Source of the DNA: Anaeromyxobacteraceae bacterium
Lineage (GTDB): Bacteria; Myxococcota; Myxococcia; Myxococcales; Anaeromyxobacteraceae
Reading direction: 5' to 3'
DNA: 64,000 nucleotides
NCBI GenBank assembly: GCA_032654565.1
Contig: JAULAX010000018.1
Location: forward strand, 160,001 to 224,000
In this document: positions 10,249 through 22,253 of the stretch, piece after piece
Layout of the letters: each line of letters opens with the position of its first letter
Numbering within the stretch: the first letter of the stretch is position 1
The notes under the pieces: generated by a model
The model's database searches: none
Seen by the model: only the letters and a program-made list of their open reading frames with translations
Told to the model about the DNA's origin: nothing
Program-made: the position numbers and the translations under genes

Positions 10249-12048
10249 ATGCTGACCACCCTGCGAATCTCCGGCTTCGCCATCGTCGACGCGGTGGAGG
10301 TGCGGTTCGGCCACGGGCTGAACGTCCTCACCGGGGAGACCGGCGCCGGCAAGTCGATCCTGGTGAACGCCCTCCACCTGGTGCTGGGCGGCCGCATGAG
10401 CGCCGAGGTGCTGCGCGACGGCGCCGACGAGGCGGTGGTGGAGGCGCTCTTCGAGCTCCCCTACGACCACCCGGTCTTCTCCCGCCTCGGCGGCGTGGGG
10501 GTGGCGGCGCCGCCGGTGGGCGAGCCGGCCGAGCTGCTGGTGCGCCGGGTGGCGCAGCGGGGCGGGCGCGGCCGGGCCTACGTCAACGGCGTGCTGGTCA
10601 CCGCCTCGGTGCTGGCCGAGGCGCTGCGCGGCGTGGTCGACGTCTCCGGACAGCACGAGCACGTCTCGCTCCTCGACGAGGCCACCCACCTCTCCCTCCT
10701 CGACGCCTTCGCCGGGCTCGACGCCCCGGCCGGCGGCGTGGCGCCGGCGCTGACCCGCTACCGCGAGACCTTCGGGCGGCTGGCCACCCTGTGCCGCGAG
10801 CGCGACACCCTGCAGAGCGACCAGGCCGAGCGCGGCCGCCGCGCCGACTACCTGGCCTTCCAGCTGAAGGAGCTCGACGCCGTCGATCCGAGGCCGGGGG
10901 AGGACGCCGCCCTCGACGGCGAGCGGCGGGTGCTGGCCAGCGCCGAGAAGCTGCGCGAGGCGGCCGGGCTGGCCGAGGGGCTGGTGTACGGCGAGGACGG
11001 CAGCGCCAGCGAGCAGGTGGGGCAGGCGGTCCGCGCCCTCGCCGACGCCGCCGCGCTCGACCCGCGCCTCGCCGGGCCGCTGCAGCTGCTCCGCTCGGCG
11101 GCCATCGAGCTGACCGAGGCGGGGCGCGAGCTCGGCCACTACGCCGAGACCGTGGGGGGCGACGCCGAGCGGCTGCAGGCCATCGAGGACCGGCTGGAGG
11201 CCCTGAAGGCGCTCTGCCGCAAGCACGGCGGCTCGCTGGAGGCGGCGCTGGCGCGCCGGGCGGAGATGGCGGCCGAGCTGGCCTCGCTGACCGGCGGCGG
11301 GGAGCGGCTGGCGGCGCTGGCCCCGGAGATCGACGCCGCCGGCGCCGAGGCGGCCACGCTGGCCAGCGTCATCACCCGGGCCCGGCAGAAGGCGGCCCGG
11401 ACCTTCTGCGCCGCGGTCGAGGCCGAGCTCTCCGGGCTGGCCATGGCCCGCTGCCGGCTGGAGGTGGCCTTCTCGCCCCCGGCGGGCGGCGTGCCGGCGG
11501 GCGGGGCGCTGCTCGGCCCCGACGGCGCCGAGCAGGCGCTCTACCTGCTCGCCCCCAACCCGGGCGAGACGCCCCGGCCGCTGGCGCGCATCGCCTCGGG
11601 CGGCGAGCTGTCGCGGCTGCTGCTGGCGGTGAAGCGGACCCTGGCGCGGCGCGACCCGGTGCTCACCTACGTCTTCGACGAGGTCGACTCCGGCATCGGC
11701 GGCGCCGTGGCCGAGGCCATGGGGCGGGTGCTGGCCGAGGTGGCGGGGGGCCGGCAGGTCATCTGCATCACCCACCTGCCGCAGATCGCCGCCTTCGCCG
11801 ACCGCCACCACCAGGTCTCGAAGCGGGTGGTGGGAGGGCGGACCACATCCGAGGTGGCGCTGCTGGCCGGCGCCGACGAGCGGCGGCAGGAGGTGGCCCG
11901 GATGATGGCCGGGGCCACGGTGACGTCGGCGGCGCTGGAGCACGCCGGGGCGCTCATCGCCGCGGCGCGGACCGGGGCCGGGGCGGAGCGGGGGAGGCGG
12001 GCGGCGCCGGGGCGGGCCGCGGCCCGCTCGGCTTCCCTCTCACCCTGA
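10249..12048 (+). CDS. recN: DNA repair protein RecN
   Basis: LTGETGAGKS Walker A, GQHE, SGGELSR signature, FDEVDSGIGG and ITHLPQIAA. Confidence 0.95.
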   Translation: MLTTLRISGFAIVDAVEVRFGHGLNVLTGETGAGKSILVNALHLVLGGRMSAEVLRDGADEAVVEALFELPYDHPVFSRLGGVGVAAPPVGEPAELLVRRVAQRGGRGRAYVNGVLVTASVLAEALRGVVDVSGQHEHVSLLDEATHLSLLDAFAGLDAPAGGVAPALTRYRETFGRLATLCRERDTLQSDQAERGRRADYLAFQLKELDAVDPRPGEDAALDGERRVLASAEKLREAAGLAEGLVYGEDGSASEQVGQAVRALADAAALDPRLAGPLQLLRSAAIELTEAGRELGHYAETVGGDAERLQAIEDRLEALKALCRKHGGSLEAALARRAEMAAELASLTGGGERLAALAPEIDAAGAEAATLASVITRARQKAARTFCAAVEAELSGLAMARCRLEVAFSPPAGGVPAGGALLGPDGAEQALYLLAPNPGETPRPLARIASGGELSRLLLAVKRTLARRDPVLTYVFDEVDSGIGGAVAEAMGRVLAEVAGGRQVICITHLPQIAAFADRHHQVSKRVVGGRTTSEVALLAGADERRQEVARMMAGATVTSAALEHAGALIAAARTGAGAERGRRAAPGRAAARSASLSP

Positions 12049-12120
12049 GCAAAATGTGGGGCGGAGGACCCCGGAACTCCGTTTGACCCTCGCTCGATCG
12101 CAAGGGTACGCTCCGAGCGA

Positions 12121-12939
12121 ATGGCCTCACCGCCCCTCCGGATCGCCGCGCGCGGCCTGACTGACGTCGGCCAGCGGCGCGAGCAGAACCAGGACGCGCT
12201 GCTCATCGACGAGCCGCTCGGCCTCTTCGTCGTCGCCGACGGCATGGGCGGCCACGCCGGAGGCGGCACCGCCTCGCGCATCGCCGTCGAGACCATCCGC
12301 AAGGCCATCCAGCTGGCCCGCGAGGAGGAGCCCGCCCTGTTCGGGTCGGGCGCCGAGGGGGAGGAGAACCCGCTCCCCGACGTGCTGGGCCACGCCGTCG
12401 AGCAGGCCTGCGCCGCCATCTTCGAGGCCTCCCAGGCCGACACCGAGCTGGCCGGGATGGGGACCACGGTCACCGCCGTGCTGGTGGACGGCCACTCCGC
12501 CTTCGTCGCCCACGTCGGCGACAGCCGGGCCTACCTGCTCCGCGCCGGCCACATCTACCAGGTCACCCAGGACCACTCCCTGGTCGCCGAGCAGCTGCGC
12601 AGCGGCGTGATCACCGAGGAGGACGCCCGCAACAGCCGCTACAAGAACATCATCACCCGCTCGGTCGGCTTCGAGCGCGAGGTGCTGGTCGACCTGATGG
12701 GGCTGGAGCTGGAGGCCGGGGACGCCATCGTCTCCTGCAGCGACGGCCTGACCAACCTGGTGGACGACCAGGAGATCCTCTCCCTGGTCGAGGAGGCCGG
12801 GACCGACGCGGTGGAGCGGCTGGTCGATCTCGCCAACGAGCGGGGCGGGGACGACAACATCACCGTGGCCATGGTCCTGCTCGGCGAGCCCGGAGCGGAG
12901 GCCCCGAATGGGGCGTCCTCCGAGCCGCCCCTTCCTTGA
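12121..12939 (+). CDS. PP2C-family Ser/Thr protein phosphatase
   Basis: RxxNQD, VADGMGG, GTT, HVGDSR, CSDGL and GGDDNIT motifs. Confidence 0.93.
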   Translation: MASPPLRIAARGLTDVGQRREQNQDALLIDEPLGLFVVADGMGGHAGGGTASRIAVETIRKAIQLAREEEPALFGSGAEGEENPLPDVLGHAVEQACAAIFEASQADTELAGMGTTVTAVLVDGHSAFVAHVGDSRAYLLRAGHIYQVTQDHSLVAEQLRSGVITEEDARNSRYKNIITRSVGFEREVLVDLMGLELEAGDAIVSCSDGLTNLVDDQEILSLVEEAGTDAVERLVDLANERGGDDNITVAMVLLGEPGAEAPNGASSEPPLP

Positions 12940-13036
12940 CACCCTTAAGCGGGGTCTGCTACCCGTTCCCCTCTGGATGGCTGGAGCCCCCGCTCCGGCC
13001 CGTTCCGCGTCCGCTCCAGGAGCTCCCGAAGCCGCC

Positions 13037-13954
13037 ATGGCCGAAGCGCCCAAGTCCCAGATCTTCACGGTCATCGTGGTCTCCGACCACAGCCAGGCCG
13101 TGCGCAAGTTCCGGGTCCCGAAGCCCTGGCTCCAGAAGCTGGCCTGGGGGGGGCTGGCGCTGGGCACCGTGGCCCTGATCACCGGCATCCACTACCTGAC
13201 CCTGCTGTCCGCCTCCTCGGAGAACTCGACGCTGCGGGAGGAGAACTCCCAGCTGCGCAGCCAGGTGCTGCTGGTCCAGGAGAAGGTGGCCCACATCAGC
13301 GCCACCCTCGACCGGGTCGAGCGGTTCGACGCCAAGCTCCGCACCGCGGTGACCTCGCTGCAGGACCCGGAGCGCAACCTGGCCATCGGGCCGGTGGGGA
13401 GCTCGGAGCCGGAGACCATCCCGGCCGGCCCCATCCCCGCCGCCGAGCAGAACGTCAAGGCGCTCCCCGGCCGGCTCGGGTCGCTGGAGGCCGACGCCGC
13501 CCGCTCCGAGCAGAGCCTGCGCCAGCTCCAGGAGTACTTCGACGACCAGCGCTCGCTGCTGGCCTCGACCCCGTCCATCTGGCCGACGCACGGCTGGGTC
13601 ACCTCCGACTTCGGCACCCGGCTCGATCCCTACTCCGACGACCGGAAGATGCACGAGGGGCTCGACGTCGCCACCCCGCACGGGCAGCCGGTCACCTCGC
13701 CGTCCGACGGCGTGGTGGTCTTCAACGGCGTCGAGGGGGGCTACGGCAAGGTGCTGGTCATCGACCACGGCTACGGCGTCAAGACCCGCTACGGCCACCT
13801 CTCCGAGACCTTCGTCCGGGTGGGCGACCGGGTGAAGCGGGGCGACAAGGTGGCCGGGGTGGGCAACACCGGCAAGTCGACCGGGCCCCACCTGCACTAC
13901 GAGGTGCGGGTCAACGGCATCCCCGAGAACCCGCGCAAGTTCATCCTCGAGTAG
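13037..13954 (+). CDS. M23-family metallopeptidase with N-terminal TM and coiled coil
   Basis: HEGLD, YGHL and TGPHLHYEV motifs. Confidence 0.9.
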   Translation: MAEAPKSQIFTVIVVSDHSQAVRKFRVPKPWLQKLAWGGLALGTVALITGIHYLTLLSASSENSTLREENSQLRSQVLLVQEKVAHISATLDRVERFDAKLRTAVTSLQDPERNLAIGPVGSSEPETIPAGPIPAAEQNVKALPGRLGSLEADAARSEQSLRQLQEYFDDQRSLLASTPSIWPTHGWVTSDFGTRLDPYSDDRKMHEGLDVATPHGQPVTSPSDGVVVFNGVEGGYGKVLVIDHGYGVKTRYGHLSETFVRVGDRVKRGDKVAGVGNTGKSTGPHLHYEVRVNGIPENPRKFILE

Positions 13955-14041
13955 CGACGTCGCGGAGACCTCGGCGGCTCCCTCACAGGCCCCGCGGCGC
14001 CCCTCCCGACCCCTCACCGGCTCCGCAGCGGCCCCGCTCCC

Positions 14042-14716
14042 TCACCGGCCCCGCGCCACCCGCGCCAGGTCGATCCGCCCGAACCCCACGAACAGCTCGC
14101 CGGCCAGCGCCGGGGCCCGGTCGTCCTTCGACACCTTGACCCGCAGCGGGGCGTTCAGCTCGGCGCCGTCGGGGGTGCGCATCAGGCCGGGGCGCCGCAG
14201 CGTCAAATGGCCGCGGACCACGCCGGACCCGGCCCGGTGCAGGAAGGTGACGGTGCCGGCCTCGTCGACCCACTCCACCAGCCCGAGGTGGGTGAACGGG
14301 TCGTCGAGGGCGCCGTTGCCGTTCCGGTCCCAGGTGTCCTCGAAGAAGACCAGGTCGCCCGGGGCCGGCCAGTCGCCGCCGCGCCAGCGCTGCCCGTACC
14401 GCCCGGCCGCCGCCCAGAGGGCCGCCACCCCGGAGCTCTCCCCGGGGGCCGCCTGCTGGGCCAGCCGCCGCAGCGGGAGCCCCTCGGCGGCGTAGACCGC
14501 CTCGACGAAGCCGGAGCAGTCGGGGTTGAAGCGCTCGCCGCCGGCCTCGAACGGGGCGTGGCCCTGCCCCAGCCAGCGGTGGCCGCGGGCCGCCAGCCGG
14601 GCCTGCCGGTCGCTCCGGTCGAGCGCTTCACGGATGGTGAGCGAGGTGCCGGCGCACCCGGTGGCGGTGGCCAGGGCCAGGAGCAGCGGCGCCAGGGCGG
14701 GGGAGGGGGTCACCAC
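14042..14716 (-). CDS. NlpC/P60 (CHAP-like) lipoprotein, putative peptidoglycan hydrolase
   Basis: Lipobox-like ATGC, DCSGFV (catalytic Cys), PGDLVFF and THLGLV (His). Confidence 0.8.
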   Translation of the reverse strand: MVTPSPALAPLLLALATATGCAGTSLTIREALDRSDRQARLAARGHRWLGQGHAPFEAGGERFNPDCSGFVEAVYAAEGLPLRRLAQQAAPGESSGVAALWAAAGRYGQRWRGGDWPAPGDLVFFEDTWDRNGNGALDDPFTHLGLVEWVDEAGTVTFLHRAGSGVVRGHLTLRRPGLMRTPDGAELNAPLRVKVSKDDRAPALAGELFVGFGRIDLARVARGR

Positions 14717-14852
14717 CCCCGCATCCTAGGGGAGGGGGCCGGGAATCGAAAACCCCAGGATTGACGAGGGGGCAGGAGTGGTTATTGGGATGACTTCGGG
14801 GTAGTGAATGGCCTTCACCCCCCCCCGCCCCACGCGAGGTCGGTACGCCCAC

Positions 14853-17684
<2,832 letters not shown>

Positions 17685-17756
17685 CGCGGCGGTCGCCACG
17701 CGCCAGCCGACCGGGGAGAGGCCCGGTCGCGCCGGCGTGGCGCTCGCCCCTGACGG

Positions 17757-18299
17757 TCAGCCGCCGTCGGGCGAGTGGGGGATGGCCAGCTCCGGCCGCG
17801 ACGGCAGGTTGAGGATCTCCTCCGGGCAGAGCTCGACGATGAAGTCGACGATGTCGCGGATGGAGAGGATCCCGGCCAGCGCCCCCTTGGCGTCGAGCAG
17901 GGGGATGTGGCGGAAGCGCCCCACGCTCATCTTGCTGAGCGCGTAGGCCACCGGGTCGCCCAGCTTGAGGGTCTCCGGACCGGGGGTCATGAACTTCTTC
18001 ACCGGGGCGCTGGACCAGCGCGGGGTGGCCATGGCCCGGCTCACCAGGTCGCGCTCGGTGAACATGCCCACCACCACCTTGCCCTTCTTCACCAGCACCG
18101 CCCCCACCTTCTTCTTGCGCATCAGCTCGGCGGCGCGGGCCACGGTGGCGGTGGGCGACACTGTCACCGCCGGCGACCGGCGCAGCTCGCCGATGGCCGT
18201 CTCCAGCATCTCCCGCCCCACGTCGCGGTGGCGGCCGACCTCCGGCGCCGCCTCGTCGCCTTCCAGGACTTCCAGCTCGTCGTCGTGATCGTGGGCCAT
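17757..18299 (-). CDS. CBS-domain pair protein
   Basis: GMFTERD and GILSIRD CBS motifs; AGGAG RBS. Confidence 0.85.
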   Translation of the reverse strand: MAHDHDDELEVLEGDEAAPEVGRHRDVGREMLETAIGELRRSPAVTVSPTATVARAAELMRKKKVGAVLVKKGKVVVGMFTERDLVSRAMATPRWSSAPVKKFMTPGPETLKLGDPVAYALSKMSVGRFRHIPLLDAKGALAGILSIRDIVDFIVELCPEEILNLPSRPELAIPHSPDGG

Positions 18300-18572
18300 G
18301 GCCTCTCCTGGTTCGCCCGGCGTGGGCGGCACGGGTGGAGTCACCTGGATCTTCCGCACCCCCGGTGCGGCAGGTCAAGCTCCCACCGGCCCCAGCATGG
18401 ACGTCCCGCGGCCCGCCGACCTTGCGCTCCTTTGTCGCAGCCACGGCTGGTACCACCCGGCGCCGTGGTGGAGGGCGGGGCCCCGGCGGCGGGCGGCGCG
18501 GCCGCTCCGGCCGGGCGGGGGCGAGGTAGGATGGCGGCGGCGCGGCGGTGGGGCGGCGCGGGAGGAGCTCAC

Positions 18573-18821
18573 ATGAAGGCGGCCTTCGTGCTGGTGAAGT
18601 GCGAGTCGGGACGGCTCGGCGAGGTGGCCAACGCCATCGTCGAGCTGGACGGCGTCTCCGAGGTCCACTCCATCACCGGCGAGTACGACCTGCTGGTGAA
18701 GCTCTACGCCGCCGACTACGAGGCCTTCGGCGAGCTGATCCCCACCCGCCTGCAGCGCATCCCCGGGATCCGCCAGACCGACACCATGCTGGCCTTCCAG
18801 GCCTTCACCGCCGGGAGCTGA
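18573..18821 (+). CDS. Stand-alone Lrp/AsnC ligand-binding (RAM) domain protein
   Basis: 82 aa, EVHSITGEYDLLVK, no HTH; GGAGG RBS. Confidence 0.85.
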   Translation: MKAAFVLVKCESGRLGEVANAIVELDGVSEVHSITGEYDLLVKLYAADYEAFGELIPTRLQRIPGIRQTDTMLAFQAFTAGS

Positions 18822-18897
18822 GCGGCGGGGAGTCGAGTCGCCGGGAGTTGAACCGCCGGGAGGGGCGCCCGCCCTTGCGCGGGGCCGGGGCCAGGCC

Positions 18898-20004
18898 CTA
18901 GATCCCGGCGCCCGGCTCACCGGAGGGGCCGCCCGCCCCGCCCGCCTCGTCGGCGTCGTCGCGGTCCTCGACGTCGCGCCGCCAGATGCGCAGCGCGGCG
19001 ATGAGGAAGGTGACCACCATGGGGCCGAGCAGCACGCCGATGACGCCGAAGGCGGCCACGCCGCCGAGCAGCGCCAGGAAGACGATGCCGATGGGGAGGG
19101 CCATGCCGCCGCGGAGCAGGTAGGGGCGGGCCAGGGTGTCGACCATCGACACCACCCCGAGGCCCCAGACCAGCAGGAAGAGGGCCGCCACCTCGTGGCC
19201 GGTGGCGTACTGGAGCAGGGCCACGGCCAGCACCACCACCGTGCCGCCCACCGCCGGGACCAGCGCCACCAGGAAGGTGACGGTGGTGAGGAAGAGCGGG
19301 CCCGGGGCGCCGGCCAGCAGGAACCCGACCAGCGCCGCGCCGGCCTGGATGCCGGCGGTGGCCACCGTGGCCACCAGCACCGAGACCGCGGTGCGCCGGA
19401 ACTCGCCGACCAGCTCGCGGAACTGGCCGGGGGCCAGCGGGGCGTTGGCCTCCACCCACTCCACCAGCTTGTGGCCGTCGACCAGGAAGAAGAAGAGCGC
19501 CACCAGCGCCACCACCAGCTTGAGGATGGCCCCGCCGGTGGCGGCCAGGATGCCGCCCAGGGCGCTGAAGGCCTGCCCGCCGCCGGCCCCGACCCGGCGC
19601 TCCAGCTCGGCCAGCAGCTCCGGCAGCGAGGTGAGGATGCGGCGCCCCAGCGGCTCCAGCCAGAGGGGGAGGCGGGCCACCAGCCCGGCGATCCCCTGCG
19701 AGGCCAGCGCCTCGCGCAGCCACTGGAAGCCCTCCACCGCCTGGCCGGCGATGACGGTGAGCAGCGCCGCCACCGGGATGACCAGGGCCACGATCAGCGC
19801 CACCACCAGCAGGCCGGAGGCCCACTCGCGCCGGCCGCGCAGCCGCGCCACCAGCCAGGTCATGGGGCCGCGCAGGGAGGCGGAGATCACCGCCGCCAGC
19901 AGCAGCGAGGTCCAGAAGGGCCAGATCAGCACCACCGTGAGGGCCACCGAGGTGACCACCAGGGCGAGGAGGAAGTACCGCCGCAGCGAGGCCTTGTTGA
20001 CCAT
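18898..20004 (-). CDS. AI-2E (PerM) family transporter
   Basis: Multi-pass membrane protein with FFFLVDG and GGVAAFGVIGVLLGP. Confidence 0.85.
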   Translation of the reverse strand: MVNKASLRRYFLLALVVTSVALTVVLIWPFWTSLLLAAVISASLRGPMTWLVARLRGRREWASGLLVVALIVALVIPVAALLTVIAGQAVEGFQWLREALASQGIAGLVARLPLWLEPLGRRILTSLPELLAELERRVGAGGGQAFSALGGILAATGGAILKLVVALVALFFFLVDGHKLVEWVEANAPLAPGQFRELVGEFRRTAVSVLVATVATAGIQAGAALVGFLLAGAPGPLFLTTVTFLVALVPAVGGTVVVLAVALLQYATGHEVAALFLLVWGLGVVSMVDTLARPYLLRGGMALPIGIVFLALLGGVAAFGVIGVLLGPMVVTFLIAALRIWRRDVEDRDDADEAGGAGGPSGEPGAGI

Positions 20005-20013
20005 GGGGGGGGG

Positions 20014-20721
20014 CTAGAAGTTCACGTGGACGTGCTCGGGTGGGGCGCCGGCGGCGGCCAGGGCCGCCCGCACCTCGGCGACCATGGGTGACATGCCGCA
20101 GACGAAGGCGCTGGCCTGGGCGGGCCGGGCGCCGCCCCAGTCGAGGAGGTGGGCCGCCTCCTGGACCCGGCCGCGGACCCCGGGCCAGGTGTCGTCCTCG
20201 GCCGACGGGCAGAGCACCACCCGCACCCCGTGCCGCTCCCAGCCGAGGTGCTCGGCGCGGTAGGCGAACTCGGCCCCGCGCCGCTGCCCGTAGAACAGCG
20301 CCACCCGGTCCACCTCGTCGCGGCGGGCGATGAGCGCCTGCACCAGCGCGCGGATGGGGGCCATGCCGGAGCCGGCGGCGAAGAGCAGCACGTCGCGCCC
20401 CAGGGCCGCCTCGAGCTGGTAGCCCCGGCCGAAGGGGGGCGTCACCTGCAGCGCCGCGCCGGGCCGGGCCGCCTCGACGACGGCGTCGCCGACCGGGCCG
20501 CCGCGCTTCACCAGCAGCTCCACCCGGCCGTCGGCGGCCGGCGCCGAGGCCAGCGCGAAGTAGCTCTCGCCGGGGGCCACCTTGACCTTGACCACCTGCC
20601 CGGGGCGCTGGTGGGCCGGCGCCGCGGCGGGCGGGAGCTGCAGCCGCAGCGCCCGCAGCCCGGGGGTCTCGTCCCAGGCGGCGGTGACGGTCATGGCGTG
20701 GTGCTCGGTGGGGCCGGCCAT
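20014..20721 (-). CDS. FAD/NAD(P)-binding oxidoreductase of the ferredoxin-reductase superfamily
   Basis: PGQ, FALAS, PFGRG, AAGSGMAP, VCGMSPMV and a C-terminal Phe. Confidence 0.8.
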   Translation of the reverse strand: MAGPTEHHAMTVTAAWDETPGLRALRLQLPPAAAPAHQRPGQVVKVKVAPGESYFALASAPAADGRVELLVKRGGPVGDAVVEAARPGAALQVTPPFGRGYQLEAALGRDVLLFAAGSGMAPIRALVQALIARRDEVDRVALFYGQRRGAEFAYRAEHLGWERHGVRVVLCPSAEDDTWPGVRGRVQEAAHLLDWGGARPAQASAFVCGMSPMVAEVRAALAAAGAPPEHVHVNF

Positions 20722-20816
20722 GCCGGCCAAGGTAGCACGGGGTGCCCGGGCGCGGTCCGCCGCCCCGGGGGGCAGCGCCCTGGTCCTGGCCCCGCTCGCT
20801 CGCGAACGACGAGGCG

Positions 20817-22253
20817 TCAGGCCGCCGGGCCGGCCAGCGCCTCCTCGGCGGCGCGCCGCCCCCGCTCCAGCGCCGCCTCGTTGACGCCGAGCAGCTGCGG
20901 CTTGGCCCCCAGCGCCTGGCGGACCGCCGCCACCAGGGTCTCGGGCGGGAACAGCCCGGTGGCGGCCACCAGCGCCCCCAGCGCCACCACGTTCTTCACC
21001 ATCTTCTGCCCCAGCTCATGGGCGATGGCGGTGCAGGCCACCGGGATGGCCCGCACCCCGGCCGGCAGCGGCGGCGGCGACGGGATCACCGTGGCGTCGT
21101 AGATCACCAGGCCGCCGGGCTGCACCTCGGGGCCGAAGCGGGCCAGGCTGGGGGCGTTGAAGGCCACCAGGGCGTGGGGGTGGGGGGCGGCCGGGGAGAG
21201 CACCTCGCTCTCGGCGATGCGGACGTCGGCATAGGAGGTGCCGCCGCGCGACTCCGGGCCGTAGCTGGGGATGTGGGTGGCGTCGAACCCCTCGTTGATG
21301 GCCGCCTTGGTGAGGAGCAGGGCGGCGGTCTGGGCGCCGTCGCCGCCGGCCCCGGCCAGCTTGAGGGCGACGTCGTCGCCGAAGGCGGTGACCGGGAAGC
21401 CGCGGCAGAAGCGGGGCGCCGGCGCCGCGGTGGCGCCGATGACCCGCAGCAGCCCGGCCGGGTCGTGGCTGGGCGGCGGCCAGGGCGGGAAGGGCGGGCC
21501 GGCCACCACCGCCTTCTTCACGCCGAGCGGGAAGACCGGGACCATCTGCTCGGCCACCCAGCGCTCGGTCTCGGCGGGGGTGAGCCCGAGGTGGGTGGGG
21601 CACTCGGCCAGCACCTCCACGAAGGCGAAGCCGACCCGGTCGGCCTGCAGCTGGAGCGCCTTCTTGATGGCCTTGCCGGCGCGGACCCGCTGCTTGGGAT
21701 CGAAGAGGGCCACCCGCTCCACGTAGACGGCACCGTCGATCTGGGCGATCAGCTCGGCCATGCGCAGCGGCGAGCCCATCTGGCGGTCGCGGCCGGTCGG
21801 GCTGGTGGCGGTGCGCTGCCCCATCAGCGAGGTGGGGGCCAGCTGGCCGCCGGTCATGCCGTAGATGGCGTTGTTGACGAAGACCACGGTGAAGGGCAGC
21901 CCCAGCTGGGCGGCGTGGATGATCTCGGCGAGGCCGATGGAGGCCAGGTCGCCGTCCCCCTGGTAGCTGATGACGATGGCGTCGGGGTTGGCCAGCTTGT
22001 GGCCGATCCCCACCGCCGGGGCCCGGCCGTGGGGGGCCTGGGTGTTGCCGACGTCCAGGTAGTAGTGGAGGAAGACGCTGCAGCCCACCGGCGAGATGGC
22101 CACCACACGGTCCTGCAGCCCCAGCTCGTCGACGGCGTCGCCGATCAGCTTGTGGACCAGGCCGTGGCCGCAGCCGGGGCAGTAGTGGGTGGAGCGGGCC
22201 TTCAGGCCGGAGGCGTGGTCGTGCCGCTCGAACTTCTCGTAGAAGGTGCTCAC
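20817..22253 (-). CDS. 2-oxoacid:acceptor oxidoreductase, beta-gamma fusion
   Basis: YCPGCGHG and GDGD...NNAIYGMTGGQ (TPP binding), followed by the gamma domain AGAGGDG...SYGPESRGGTS. GTG start overlaps the upstream stop. Confidence 0.88.
   Translation of the reverse strand: MSTFYEKFERHDHASGLKARSTHYCPGCGHGLVHKLIGDAVDELGLQDRVVAISPVGCSVFLHYYLDVGNTQAPHGRAPAVGIGHKLANPDAIVISYQGDGDLASIGLAEIIHAAQLGLPFTVVFVNNAIYGMTGGQLAPTSLMGQRTATSPTGRDRQMGSPLRMAELIAQIDGAVYVERVALFDPKQRVRAGKAIKKALQLQADRVGFAFVEVLAECPTHLGLTPAETERWVAEQMVPVFPLGVKKAVVAGPPFPPWPPPSHDPAGLLRVIGATAAPAPRFCRGFPVTAFGDDVALKLAGAGGDGAQTAALLLTKAAINEGFDATHIPSYGPESRGGTSYADVRIAESEVLSPAAPHPHALVAFNAPSLARFGPEVQPGGLVIYDATVIPSPPPLPAGVRAIPVACTAIAHELGQKMVKNVVALGALVAATGLFPPETLVAAVRQALGAKPQLLGVNEAALERGRRAAEEALAGPAA

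Noticed and set aside
18823..18865. Three 15-bp degenerate units (CGCCGGGAG core) between convergent genes
   Set aside because: Too short and degenerate to separate from GC-rich background.
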